A stretch of 64,000 nt of DNA from Nitrospirota bacterium (GTDB lineage Bacteria; Nitrospirota; Nitrospiria; Nitrospirales; Nitrospiraceae). Below are positions 31,695 to 41,164 of this stretch, piece by piece (position 1 is the first letter of the stretch; each line of letters starts with the position of its first letter). The notes beneath the pieces were generated by a model. The model did not search any database. It saw only the letters and a list, made by a program, of their open reading frames with translations, and was not told the DNA's origin. A program made the translations under genes and the position numbers. The stretch is from assembly GCA_963701855.1 (NCBI GenBank), contig CAVPBK010000006.1, positions 1 to 64,000 of the forward strand. Direction: 5' to 3'.

Positions 31695-31729
31695 CTGCGC
31701 ATCTGAGCAACGGTGATTCAGGAGCACTC

Positions 31730-32524
31730 ATGATATTGAAGCAGGTCTTGACGATCGCGGGTTCGGATTCTGGCGGAGGCGCGGGGATTCAGGCCGATAT
31801 CAAAGCTATGTCGGCCAATGGCGTGTTTGCGATGTCGGCGATCACTGCCATCACTGCGCAAAATACGGAAGAGGTCACCGATGTTTTGGAATTGCCGATC
31901 TCGATCATCGCGGCACAAATCGATGCCGTGTTCGACGACTTCGATGTCGCTGCGGTGAAGACCGGGATGTTATCCTCGACGGCCATCGTCGAGGTCGTCG
32001 CCAAACTTCTGAAGCCTCAGAATGTCACAAATCTCGTGGTGGATCCGGTCATGATCTCAAAGACCGGCCATGCGCTGCTCAAACCGGAGGCGATCGACGC
32101 CATGAAGACACAGCTCTTCCCCCTGGCACTGCTCGTCACGCCGAACATCCATGAGGCCCAGCAACTGTCCGGTATTGAGATCAAGACACTCGCGGACGCA
32201 CGCCGCGCCGCCAAAATCATTCACGGATTTGGCTGCAAGCATGTGTTGATCAAGGGCGGTCATTTGGCGGCAGAGCGAGCCACCGATCTGCTCTATGACG
32301 GCCGGTTCTTTAACGTGTTCAAGGGAGAGTTCATCGATACTCCTCATACGCATGGCACCGGCTGCACGTTCGCCTCGGCCATCGCGGCCCATCTTGCACG
32401 AGGCAAATCCATGAACGACGCCGTTCAGGCCGGCAAGACCTATCTTACCGAGGCTATTCGCCATAGCCTTGCGATCGGTCACGGAACTGGACCGACGAAT
32501 CATTTCTACTTTCTCCATACATAG
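31730..32524 (+). CDS. thiD: Hydroxymethylpyrimidine/phosphomethylpyrimidine kinase
   Basis: LTIAGSDSGGGAGIQAD, VDPVM and THGTGCT. Confidence 0.95.
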   Translation: MILKQVLTIAGSDSGGGAGIQADIKAMSANGVFAMSAITAITAQNTEEVTDVLELPISIIAAQIDAVFDDFDVAAVKTGMLSSTAIVEVVAKLLKPQNVTNLVVDPVMISKTGHALLKPEAIDAMKTQLFPLALLVTPNIHEAQQLSGIEIKTLADARRAAKIIHGFGCKHVLIKGGHLAAERATDLLYDGRFFNVFKGEFIDTPHTHGTGCTFASAIAAHLARGKSMNDAVQAGKTYLTEAIRHSLAIGHGTGPTNHFYFLHT

Positions 32525-32526
32525 AT

Positions 32527-32718
32527 CAGGATGCTGAAAAAGTCCGCCAGCAGCGTTCTCGACTCATCGAAATCCTCAACGGGGACCCGGCCGCCTCACC
32601 GACTCGGCGGCGCGCACAGACGTGGTGCTCCTTATTCGTCGCACCGTGCGCCCCAGAGGGTACGCCTCCGGTTTCGACTCGCCTGCGGCCTTGCTGAACG
32701 GACTTTTTGAGCATCCTG
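32527..32718 (+). mobile_element. Family A MITE
   Basis: CAGGATGCTGAAAAAGTCCG...CGGACTTTTTGAGCATCCTG inverted ends. Confidence 0.85.
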
Positions 32719-32738
32719 TTTGACTGAAAGACCATCCC

Positions 32739-33521
32739 ATGGAAGAAGCGCTGTTATTTCACGATCACCATGGCCACGGCATCGCTGCGATTCTGAGCAC
32801 ACCTGACGGACCAACGACGCGTCTCGCCGTGTTGTGCCATGGATTTCTCTCCAGCAAAAATAGCACGACCAATAAGACCTTAACCCGCCTCCTCAATGCA
32901 CAGGGCCTGGCGACCTTTCGGTTCGACTTTTTCGGTCAAGGAGACAGTGACGGACCGTTTGAAGAAATCACGACAACCCTGGCCGTGCAGCAAACCCAAT
33001 CCGTACTGGATCTGGTGGCCGCCAGAGGCTATGACCGAATCGGAATCGTCGGCTCAAGCTTTGGAGGGCTCGTCGCCATTCTCACGGCAGCCCAACGTCG
33101 TGATATCGCCTGTTTGGCTCTCAAATGTCCTGTCGTGGACTTTGCAGAAGAGCTTCGCTTAACTTTCGAACCAGAAGAGTTGGCGCGGTGGCAAGCCACG
33201 GACACAATTCAGAACATTATGGGAGGGCCGGATCGGGTCCGTTTGCGGTATGCCTTTTACGAAGACTGCCTCAGACAGATCGCCTATGAGCCGGCTGAAC
33301 GAATCACCATACCCACACTGATTGTCCAGGGTGAAAAGGATGAATGTGTCCCTCTTCATCAAAGCCGTCGATTACATGATGCGCTGAGAGGACCAAAGAG
33401 GTTGGATCTTCTGCCAGGCGCCGATCACCAATTCACTCGTGGGGAAGATTTTCACCAGATGACGACATCGATCAGTGATTGGCTCTTCACCCATCTCACA
33501 GCAAAACCTAGCGGCGACTGA
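32739..33521 (+). CDS. Alpha/beta hydrolase
   Basis: LCHGF, GSSFGG and GADH. Confidence 0.88.
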   Translation: MEEALLFHDHHGHGIAAILSTPDGPTTRLAVLCHGFLSSKNSTTNKTLTRLLNAQGLATFRFDFFGQGDSDGPFEEITTTLAVQQTQSVLDLVAARGYDRIGIVGSSFGGLVAILTAAQRRDIACLALKCPVVDFAEELRLTFEPEELARWQATDTIQNIMGGPDRVRLRYAFYEDCLRQIAYEPAERITIPTLIVQGEKDECVPLHQSRRLHDALRGPKRLDLLPGADHQFTRGEDFHQMTTSISDWLFTHLTAKPSGD

Positions 33522-33804
33522 AACTGCCTTCCAACTTCGTTCTCAGTCGTGCGTCTCCTTGAGACGTACCCCAAGGGTACGCCTCAGTCGCCTCACTCCC
33601 TGCGGCCTTGCTGGAAGGCAGTTTGAGCCGCCGCTTTGCCCACACCCAGCCTCGGCGCCGAGACGCGCCTTTCTCCATACGGCCTTCTCGCATCGCTCTC
33701 AAGAGCCGTGAGAGGTAAAACGTGTGACTGCCGAATGCTCTTTCTCCGAAACGTTTCACGATTCACGTCTTACGGATCGCTGAACGGTCTTGTTGAGCAT
33801 CCTG
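33508..33804 (+). mobile_element. Tandem/nested family A MITE variants
   Basis: CTAG-CGGCGACTGAAACTGCCTTCC...GGAAGGCAGTTTGAGCCGCCGC, then GCGCCGAGACGCGCC...TTGAGCATCCTG. Confidence 0.7.
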
Positions 33805-34007
33805 CCGTACCCTACTCCTCTCATAATTCTGATCACCTGCAGTTTCCTCACATTCGAACTTTTCAGGATGCGAGTCTGTTTCCCGCTCACCGTTGCACGC
33901 TATTATGAGGTATTCGGCGAAGGAGAAAAAATTGATATTTTCCTGGCGCAACAGGCACCTCCGAGACACAATGCAACGGAGCCACAGACAACTGAGTTCT
34001 ATAAGAC

Positions 34008-35033
34008 TTGCCACGAATGATTCCCGCGACAAACATCGTGCCCCCCCGGCTCCAGCTTGCAGCCCTTGCGGCAATACTCTGCCAGAGCCTGCATCCTGTA
34101 GCGATGTCCACAATCGTCTCAGCGGCAGAACAAGAGCCGCCATCCCGTCATAGCTTGATTCACCGTTCAGCTGCTGAATCTGCCGCTCCACCTGCCACGA
34201 CTCATGGAACCATACTTCAGCCATCCAGCACTGAGTCCACTCACATCACGAGCCCGATCGAACCGCACCAGCCATCGATATCGGTATCACCAGTACCTGT
34301 CCCAGCGCCACATCATCGGACATTGACCAAGCGTCCGGCCATTGCCACGATAACCGCTCCTGCGATTTCATCCCAGACTCCCCCTGCAGCATCGGTATCA
34401 AGCATCGCAGATGGAAAGGCCACACAAGCGACAGTCGATACCGCCAAGAGCGCAACCCCCACGGCAACGGCGCCCATTATAAAGGCAACGGCTGCGACTC
34501 TTCTTGGAACAGCCCCGGCTGCCTCTGCTACGGTGGCTCCGACCGGTTCCTCTCCGCTGGCAGGAGCTACAGGCGTTCATTCTGCAGCCTCAGCGGGTAG
34601 CGGCTCAACTCCTATGTCTGGCGGTTCGAGATCGGCAGCGAACGTGCTCAAGAACTCTGCGATCACGCGCCTGTTGCAACCCGCGACTCCTGTTGTCACA
34701 GCAGCTCCGCCATCGACTCCACCCTCACCTCCGCCTTCGACTCCGCCGTCAACCCCACCACCATCTCCGCCTCCTGCTAGCCCATCGACAGGGAACGTGA
34801 CACTTACATGGTCGGCGAATGTAGAGCCTGATCTGGCCGGTTACAAAATTTACGTCGGTACGAATTCCGGCATGTACAGTTTCCCTGGATCTCCCTTCGT
34901 GACAGGAAAAGTCACGAGCTATACGATCTCCAATCTCCCCAAGGGCCAGACCTACTACTTTGCGATCTCTGCTTACGATAGTGCCGGCAACGAAAGTGTG
35001 ATGTCGTCCGAAGTCAGCAAGAGCCTCTACTAG
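34008..35033 (+). CDS. Pro/Thr/Ala-rich exported protein with C-terminal fibronectin type III domain
   Basis: VTLTWSANVEPDLAGYKIYVG...YYFAISAYDSAGNES. Confidence 0.8.
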   Translation: MPRMIPATNIVPPRLQLAALAAILCQSLHPVAMSTIVSAAEQEPPSRHSLIHRSAAESAAPPATTHGTILQPSSTESTHITSPIEPHQPSISVSPVPVPAPHHRTLTKRPAIATITAPAISSQTPPAASVSSIADGKATQATVDTAKSATPTATAPIIKATAATLLGTAPAASATVAPTGSSPLAGATGVHSAASAGSGSTPMSGGSRSAANVLKNSAITRLLQPATPVVTAAPPSTPPSPPPSTPPSTPPPSPPPASPSTGNVTLTWSANVEPDLAGYKIYVGTNSGMYSFPGSPFVTGKVTSYTISNLPKGQTYYFAISAYDSAGNESVMSSEVSKSLY

Positions 35034-35600
35034 CGGCTGCTGAAAAATGGAGCAGGGGAGCGGCCAGGTGCCCTTCTTGCTCGCAGAACGCGCACGATGA
35101 AACTGTGCTCGTTCGATGCGCGCAGTAAAGGGCAGCCTTGGCCACTCCCCTTAAGAGAGGGTATAAGGAATCGGACGGCCCTCCCTGTGGCCTCGTTGGA
35201 AACCAGTTTGAGCAGCCGCTTATGAATACGAAAACGATGAAGCGTGCTCTCTGTAGCAGGATGCTCAAATAGACGATCCAACAAGGCCGCAGGGAGTCCG
35301 GCGACTGAGGCGTACATTTCTCACCCACCCACCCCGAGCTGCCAAGACAGCTCTTTCACCAGTGGGTACGTCGCAAGGAGACGGGCGACTGAGAACAAAA
35401 CTGGAATACAGCTAGAGCCGCCGCTTTGATGAGGCAAGTTGTATGGGGTCATTGTGCTAAAGAAATCCCGGCAGGATGCTCAAAACGGTCATCCAGCAAG
35501 GCCGCAGGAGAGAAATAACCGGAGGCGTACCCTCTGGGGTACGTTGAGGATTATTTCGACCCGAGAACGACGCTGGGGACTGTTTTCAGCATCCTGCTAA
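35030..35600. mobile_element. Cluster of three family A elements, the first containing a family B hairpin
   Basis: 35030-35220 (GCGGCTGCTGAAAAA...TTTGAGCAGCCGC, B at 35054-35151), 35257-35428 and 35472-35596. Confidence 0.8.
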
Positions 35601-36466
35601 GATTTGGCGCAGCGGAAGCCCGTATAGCTATTGCGCGTCTCGGGTGAGAGCTTGAAGCGGCCATAGGTGAGGAGATACTTCGGCAGGTCTGACCAAGATC
35701 CACCGCGCAGCACTTTGAATTGCCCCTGTTCTGGTCCCTGCGGATTTTGTTCCGGCGAGACTTCGTAATAGTTCGCGGCATACCAATCCTGCACCCACTC
35801 CCAGACATTCCCAGCCATTTGATAGAGCCCGTATGGACTCTTGCCTTGCTCATAGGACTGCACGGGCATCAAGACCTGGCTGTAGCTGAAGCGCGCACCC
35901 AACCCGAAATTCGCCAGATCTTTACTTGGAACCCAATTGCCCCAGGGATATAATTTTCCGTCTGTTCCCCTGGCCGACTTCTCCCATTCCGCTTCGGTGG
36001 GAAGCCGCTTTCCCATCCACTGACAATAGGCATCAGCGTCCGACCAGTCCACTCCAATCACCGGCCGATCACTATGCTGCGACAGATCGACCATGTCCCA
36101 TTGCCAGGGCGCAGGGCGGTTTGTCGCAGTAAAAAACGAAGCGTACTGTCCTGTCGTGACCTCGTAGAGATCGATAAAGAAAGCAGGCAGCCAGATCTGA
36201 TGTTTTGGCCGCTCATCCTCTAAGGCCTGCATCCCATCCATTCCCATTCTAAACTCACCGGCTTGAATCTCGGCCATAGGAGTTCCAGCAACAGCCATCG
36301 TGTCCAAAGCCTTGGACTTCCTGAGCCGGTCAAGCTGAGCGGTTGCATTAGTATCGGGCACAAGAAGGAGAAGGATAGTCAAAACGATCAATGCTCTCAC
36401 GCACCCAACCCCGGCGGCTATTCCACCCTCCCGCCCTGAGGCTACCAAGATAGCCTCTTTGCCCAT
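35597..36466 (-). CDS. Formylglycine-generating enzyme (SUMF1/EgtB/PvdO) family protein
   Basis: RLPTEAEWEK, MAGNVWEW, RGGSW and GFRCA; the longer ORF start runs through a MITE. Confidence 0.88.
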   Translation of the reverse strand: MGKEAILVASGREGGIAAGVGCVRALIVLTILLLLVPDTNATAQLDRLRKSKALDTMAVAGTPMAEIQAGEFRMGMDGMQALEDERPKHQIWLPAFFIDLYEVTTGQYASFFTATNRPAPWQWDMVDLSQHSDRPVIGVDWSDADAYCQWMGKRLPTEAEWEKSARGTDGKLYPWGNWVPSKDLANFGLGARFSYSQVLMPVQSYEQGKSPYGLYQMAGNVWEWVQDWYAANYYEVSPEQNPQGPEQGQFKVLRGGSWSDLPKYLLTYGRFKLSPETRNSYTGFRCAKS

Positions 36467-36524
36467 GGGCGCGCCTTTCACCTTACAAGGCCGCAGGAAG
36501 TTTGAACGCCGAGGTGTACGCGGA

Positions 36525-36734
36525 AGGATGCTCAAAAAGGTCATCCAACGTGGCCGCAGGCGAGAGAAAACAGGAAACGTAATATTCTCACCCGCCCGCT
36601 CCGAGCCGGACGAACAGCTCTTATCCGATGGGCTATGTTGAGAATTTTGTCGAGCCGAAAACCAACCCTGGGTCAGGCGCGTCCCGGCGCGCCGGGGTTG
36701 GGCGGGTGAGAAGATGACCTTTTTCAGCATCCTG
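36525..36734 (-). mobile_element. Family A MITE
   Basis: AGGATGCTCAAAAAGGTCATC...GATGACCTTTTTCAGCATCCTG. Confidence 0.85.
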
Positions 36735-36737
36735 CTG

Positions 36738-37397
36738 TCAATGGAGGATTCCACTGACCACCCAATGCCGATCATCGATGACGTCGATGAGCAGGCGGCT
36801 GAGGTTCAGTTCGGCTAACTGCGCCGCTACTTCATCTTCGGTGAACGCCGCCAACAGCGAATTATAAAAATCACGCCGCAACACCTCTGGCTCCTTTGCC
36901 GCGTAACGATCCACGATGGCCTGCGCCTCTTCGGGCGAATCCGGTCTGAGCAGATCCATCACGAGCACAGAGGAGCCTGGCTTCACCAGTTGCCGCAGCC
37001 GATACCAGAACTGCAAGGGATTGGGCACATGATGCAACAGGCTGTTGGAGACTGCGGCATCGGCCGGTTCAACCAGCGAAACCGCTTGAAAACGCTCGCA
37101 GCGAAAGGTAATCCGGTCGGCCAGACCTGCCAGCGTCACAGACGCGCCAGCGAGGCCAATCATCGGCTCCGACGCATCGACCGCGGTGATGCGACAAGCG
37201 GGATAGGCCTGAGCGAAGCGGATAGGAATATCGCCGGGACCACAACCCAGGTCGAGCAGATGCCCCTCGGAAAAATCGGGAAAGTATTCACGGAAACGAT
37301 CGACGAAACCTTGATTCTCTTTTTCAAAATCCGCCTTTGCATAGACAAGCGCCTGCTCAGGATCGTCCATGAGTTCTGGTTCAAGGGTACGGTTCAT
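36738..37397 (-). CDS. Class I SAM-dependent methyltransferase
   Basis: LDLGCGPG and SNSLLHH. Confidence 0.9.
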   Translation of the reverse strand: MNRTLEPELMDDPEQALVYAKADFEKENQGFVDRFREYFPDFSEGHLLDLGCGPGDIPIRFAQAYPACRITAVDASEPMIGLAGASVTLAGLADRITFRCERFQAVSLVEPADAAVSNSLLHHVPNPLQFWYRLRQLVKPGSSVLVMDLLRPDSPEEAQAIVDRYAAKEPEVLRRDFYNSLLAAFTEDEVAAQLAELNLSRLLIDVIDDRHWVVSGILH

Positions 37398-37466
37398 GGC
37401 TTTCCTCGCGTAGACTGAGGCTGAGGTTAAGGCTAAGTTCGATCAAACGTGACCTCAGCCTTGACC

Positions 37467-37955
37467 TTAGTCTGCTTCTACTATGACTTCGTCGCCCGGT
37501 CTCACCACGCCCTCACGCAGCACTCTCGCATAGAGCCGACTCCATCCTGGGTTCAATTTCTGAGACACGCGTTTGTAGTCTCTGTCCCGGAACCACTGTG
37601 CATTTTTATCGCAGGGACTCGTATAACTCATGATCTCTATCTGCACCTCTGGCCCGACTTGGAGCCTGTCCCCTGGTTTCAGCTTTTCCCACTCAAGCCC
37701 GGCGAGCGTCAGGTTCTCTCCGGAAAAGCCGGCCTCGATTGAATGGCCCTCGTCCTGCAACCGCTCGATCAGCTCTTGCGAATACAGACAAACCGCACGA
37801 TCGGGTCCGCCATGGAATTTGAGGTTCTGTTGCCGGTCGCCCTCGACTCCGGTTTTTGAGATAACGGCCTCCAGCACCGGATGTTTCGGCACACCTCCAT
37901 CCGACACATTAATCTGGTACACGTGGGAATAGGGTGGCCATCCATTCTCAGTCAT
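37467..37955 (-). CDS. MOSC domain protein
   Basis: HGGPDRAV, GENLT and PC motifs. Confidence 0.9.
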   Translation of the reverse strand: MTENGWPPYSHVYQINVSDGGVPKHPVLEAVISKTGVEGDRQQNLKFHGGPDRAVCLYSQELIERLQDEGHSIEAGFSGENLTLAGLEWEKLKPGDRLQVGPEVQIEIMSYTSPCDKNAQWFRDRDYKRVSQKLNPGWSRLYARVLREGVVRPGDEVIVEAD

Positions 37956-38839
37956 CAGCTCACTCCTTCACAGGATTCCGCCACTAGCAACTCCAACGCC
38001 ACCCAGCCCTCTTGTTCACGCCGCTGAACCAACAGGGCGCCGACCTTGGAGAATGCCTCGATAATCTCTTGTTCTTGATCAAGCAGAATGCCGGACAGTA
38101 AGAGCTTCGCACCGTGGCTTACGTACTGCGCCAATTCATCGCGCAGCAGGAGCAGCGTCTGGCGATCGAGATTGGCGAGCACCAGATCTGGCCGCAGCTC
38201 GCCATGCGGGTCAACATCTTCCAGAGTTCCGCACCGGAATTCGAGATGGCCCCCAAACCCGTTCTCTGTGGCATAGTCTCGCGCGCAATTTACCGCAACA
38301 GGATCGCACTCCACTCCGATGGCGGAGGCTGCCCCGAGCCGCAGCGCAGCCATCGCCAGAATGCCGCTCCCCGCCCCCACATCCAGCACGGATTCACCAC
38401 CGTGAACGAGGTCTTCAAGCCATTCCAACAACATCCGTGTCGTCGCATGATGACCCGTGCCGAATGCCTGCTTCGGATCGAGTACGATCTCAATGTCCCG
38501 TGTCTGCAACGCCACCGGTTCCCAACTCGGCCTGACCACAATCCGCTTACCGATCCGAATCGGTCTGACCGACTGAGCCCACTGCCGATTCCAATCCTGA
38601 TCGGGCAATTCCTCAACACGGATATCGCTCTCGGACGAAACGTCCGGATCGAGTTCCTGCAGAGTCCTGCTCAGGCGAGCACGTGCCTCCATGCTCCACT
38701 GTGGTTTCGGCCAATAGAGATGGACCACCCCGTCCTCATCCCATCCGCCTTGAATCGAGGGATCAGACAGCATGCCGAGCAACTCTGCCGCATCGACCAC
38801 GGTCCGAATCTGGACATCGATCCACCCCTCTGAGTTCAT
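37955..38839 (-). CDS. prmA: Ribosomal protein L11 methyltransferase
   Basis: DPKQAFGTGHHATT, DVGAGSGILA and LSGIL. Confidence 0.92.
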   Translation of the reverse strand: MNSEGWIDVQIRTVVDAAELLGMLSDPSIQGGWDEDGVVHLYWPKPQWSMEARARLSRTLQELDPDVSSESDIRVEELPDQDWNRQWAQSVRPIRIGKRIVVRPSWEPVALQTRDIEIVLDPKQAFGTGHHATTRMLLEWLEDLVHGGESVLDVGAGSGILAMAALRLGAASAIGVECDPVAVNCARDYATENGFGGHLEFRCGTLEDVDPHGELRPDLVLANLDRQTLLLLRDELAQYVSHGAKLLLSGILLDQEQEIIEAFSKVGALLVQRREQEGWVALELLVAESCEGVS

Positions 38840-38845
38840 AATGGC

Positions 38846-39185
38846 CTAGGAGCCTGCGGAAAACTCTCAAGGCACGCCGAAGTTTCATTTTTCAGCACGC
38901 TTGGAATACCGATGGTGCACCACACAGGATGCTCAAAATGGCCGCCAGCGAAGCCGCAACGAGCAAAAAGGCGAAGGAGGTACGTACCGCACTTCGTGTG
39001 GGCCGTTCGCCCGTCGAATGAATCTTGGCGAACGGAAAAGCCCCTCCAGTAATTCCGACATCCGAGAGGCTCTGTTCGGTATGTTGAGCTTCTGAGCGAT
39101 GCGAGAACAAAGCATGGGAAAAGGCGCGTCTCGGCGCGCTGGGGTTGGGCGGGTGAGAAGGGTGACTTTTTCAGCATCCTGCTAG
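38846..39185 (-). mobile_element. Family A composite MITE with CTAG on both flanks
   Basis: CTAG at 38846-38849 and 39182-39185; inverted homolog of 18614-18953. Confidence 0.88.
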
Positions 39186-39187
39186 AG

Positions 39188-41083
39188 TTGACGCACTCTT
39201 CCCCATCCAGTAAGGTCGGCGCTATGCTCCAAGACCAACCTGTCACGCCCATGACGAAAGCCCATACACTGACACGCCTGGTGGCGAAACTCGACCGTGT
39301 AATCGCCTTGGCCACCGCATCGAGTTCCGCACTCACCCGTTGGCGTCTCATCCTGTTCATCGTCGGAGCGATCTGCACGGTAGCCCTGTACAAAATGGGA
39401 TGGTATCAAGCCGGCAATGGGGCGCTTCTCATCTTCGTCGCCCTGTTTTTAACTGTGGCCGCCTATCATAACAGGCTCGAAAGTCGCTTGCACCGCCTTC
39501 GCCTCTGGAAGCAGATCAAGCTCGTGCACTTGGCACGTCTCCGGCTGGATTGGCCTCATATTCCCACTCGTCCGTCGAGCGCTCCCGAGCACCATCCCTA
39601 TGCCAAAGACTTGGACCTGGTCGGCCCCCACTCGCTCCTTCATCTGCTCGACACCACGGTCTCCTCACACGGACAGGCGCGGCTGGCGTCGTGGCTGCTT
39701 GAGCAACCGCCGAAACCGGACCAGTGGCTCAAGCGTCGCCGCCTGGTGCAGGAACTCATTCCGCGATCGCTGTTTCGGGATCGGCTGGGGCTTGAAGCTC
39801 AGCTCATCGGCGAACAGGAAATCAACGGGCGACGACTGGAAGCCGTTCTTCAGCATACAGTTGGATTCCCTCGCCTCACGACGATCTTAGCGATTCAAAC
39901 CCTGCTGGCCGCCGCCACCATCGGACTCGGCTTGAGTGCGCTACTTGACTGGCTGCCGAATTATTGGATGTGGTCCTTTGCACCCTATGCCTTGATCTAT
40001 TTCTGGACCGATCAGGGCGAAGAGCTATTGGAACATGCGGTGGGCGTGCACTTCGAACTGGAGAAGCTGGGAGCCGTACTGGGGTTTGTCGAACGACATG
40101 CACGGCCTAGCCACACGACGCTCACCGACTTGTGGGCACCGCTGCTTACGCCGGGGATGAATCCGCCTAAGCTCGTCCGGCAAGCGGCCCGCACCCTGCA
40201 TGCGATCAGCGTCAAAGCCCATCCGCTCATCCATCTGGCCGCCAACGCGTTCTGCCCATGGGATCTGTGGTTCACCTACCGGCTCCAACAGATTCAGGCT
40301 CAGGTAGCCGACCACCTGCCGACCTGGCTGGATCGACTGGCCGAGGTCGAGGCCGCCTCGGCACTCGCCACCTTTGCCGCGCTCCATCCATCGTATCGCT
40401 GGCCGGATCCATTTACCGCCGATCCGCAGCGTAACGGAGCGCAGGCCAGGCTGTCGGCCAAAAGCCTCGCCCATCCGCTGATTCCTGAGACTCACCGGGT
40501 CTCAAACGATCTTGCCCTCGAAACAGGGGGAACCGTACTCCTGATGACCGGGTCCAACATGTCGGGGAAGAGCACCTTCTTACGAACCCTGGGCATCAAT
40601 CTCTGCCTCGCTCAGGCAGGCGCCCCGGTCTGCGCCGATCTTTTCGAATGGACCTGGGCGCGCCTCGCCACCTGTATCCGCGTGGACGACTCGCTCGAAG
40701 CGGGCTTGTCTTTTTTCTATGCCGAGGTGAAACGCCTCAAGAGCCTGCTCGACGCGACGGCCGATCGATCCAGCGTACCGGTGGTATTCCTGATCGACGA
40801 GATATTCAAAGGCACCAACAATCGTGAACGGTTGATTGGGAGCCGTTCCTTCATTACCGCTCTCTCGCAAGGCAATGGATTTGGCTTAGTGACCACCCAT
40901 GATCTGGAATTGACCGATCTCGACAAGACGGTGCCAGGATTGCGGAACGCCCACTTTCAGGAAACCGTGGCAGCCGGCGCGCTGCAATTCGACTACAAGC
41001 TCAGACCCGGTCCCTGCGCCACAACCAACGCTCTGCGAATTATGGAACTGGAAGGGTTGCCGGTGCCTTCGCCTCAGGCCTGA
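39188..41083 (+). CDS. Membrane-anchored MutS-family ATPase
   Basis: TM segments; TGSNMSGKSTFLR, FYAEVKRLK, IDEIFKGTN and TTHDLEL; no mismatch-binding domain evident. Confidence 0.88.
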   Translation: MTHSSPSSKVGAMLQDQPVTPMTKAHTLTRLVAKLDRVIALATASSSALTRWRLILFIVGAICTVALYKMGWYQAGNGALLIFVALFLTVAAYHNRLESRLHRLRLWKQIKLVHLARLRLDWPHIPTRPSSAPEHHPYAKDLDLVGPHSLLHLLDTTVSSHGQARLASWLLEQPPKPDQWLKRRRLVQELIPRSLFRDRLGLEAQLIGEQEINGRRLEAVLQHTVGFPRLTTILAIQTLLAAATIGLGLSALLDWLPNYWMWSFAPYALIYFWTDQGEELLEHAVGVHFELEKLGAVLGFVERHARPSHTTLTDLWAPLLTPGMNPPKLVRQAARTLHAISVKAHPLIHLAANAFCPWDLWFTYRLQQIQAQVADHLPTWLDRLAEVEAASALATFAALHPSYRWPDPFTADPQRNGAQARLSAKSLAHPLIPETHRVSNDLALETGGTVLLMTGSNMSGKSTFLRTLGINLCLAQAGAPVCADLFEWTWARLATCIRVDDSLEAGLSFFYAEVKRLKSLLDATADRSSVPVVFLIDEIFKGTNNRERLIGSRSFITALSQGNGFGLVTTHDLELTDLDKTVPGLRNAHFQETVAAGALQFDYKLRPGPCATTNALRIMELEGLPVPSPQA

Positions 41084-41164
41084 CCGTTGCCACCTTTTTA
41101 TTCCGTCCCTGCTGTGCTAAGACTCCGGCACGATTCGGGCGCATTCACCTGCTTGAGAGGCGCC

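Noticed and set aside
31660..31730. TPP riboswitch before thiD (GCTGAG present)
   Set aside because: Lacks the CCTGA and AGGGA elements; better explained as a sigma70 promoter.
33910..34000. c-di-GMP-II-like leader before the FN3 gene (GAAG...GGCACCT...GGAGCCA)
   Set aside because: The pairing partner (GTGGTGC-like) is missing; unsupported without a covariance search.
36467..36775. Long N-terminal extension of the FGE protein, and other ORFs containing MLKK...PAQPRRA
   Set aside because: These are translations of family A MITE sequence.
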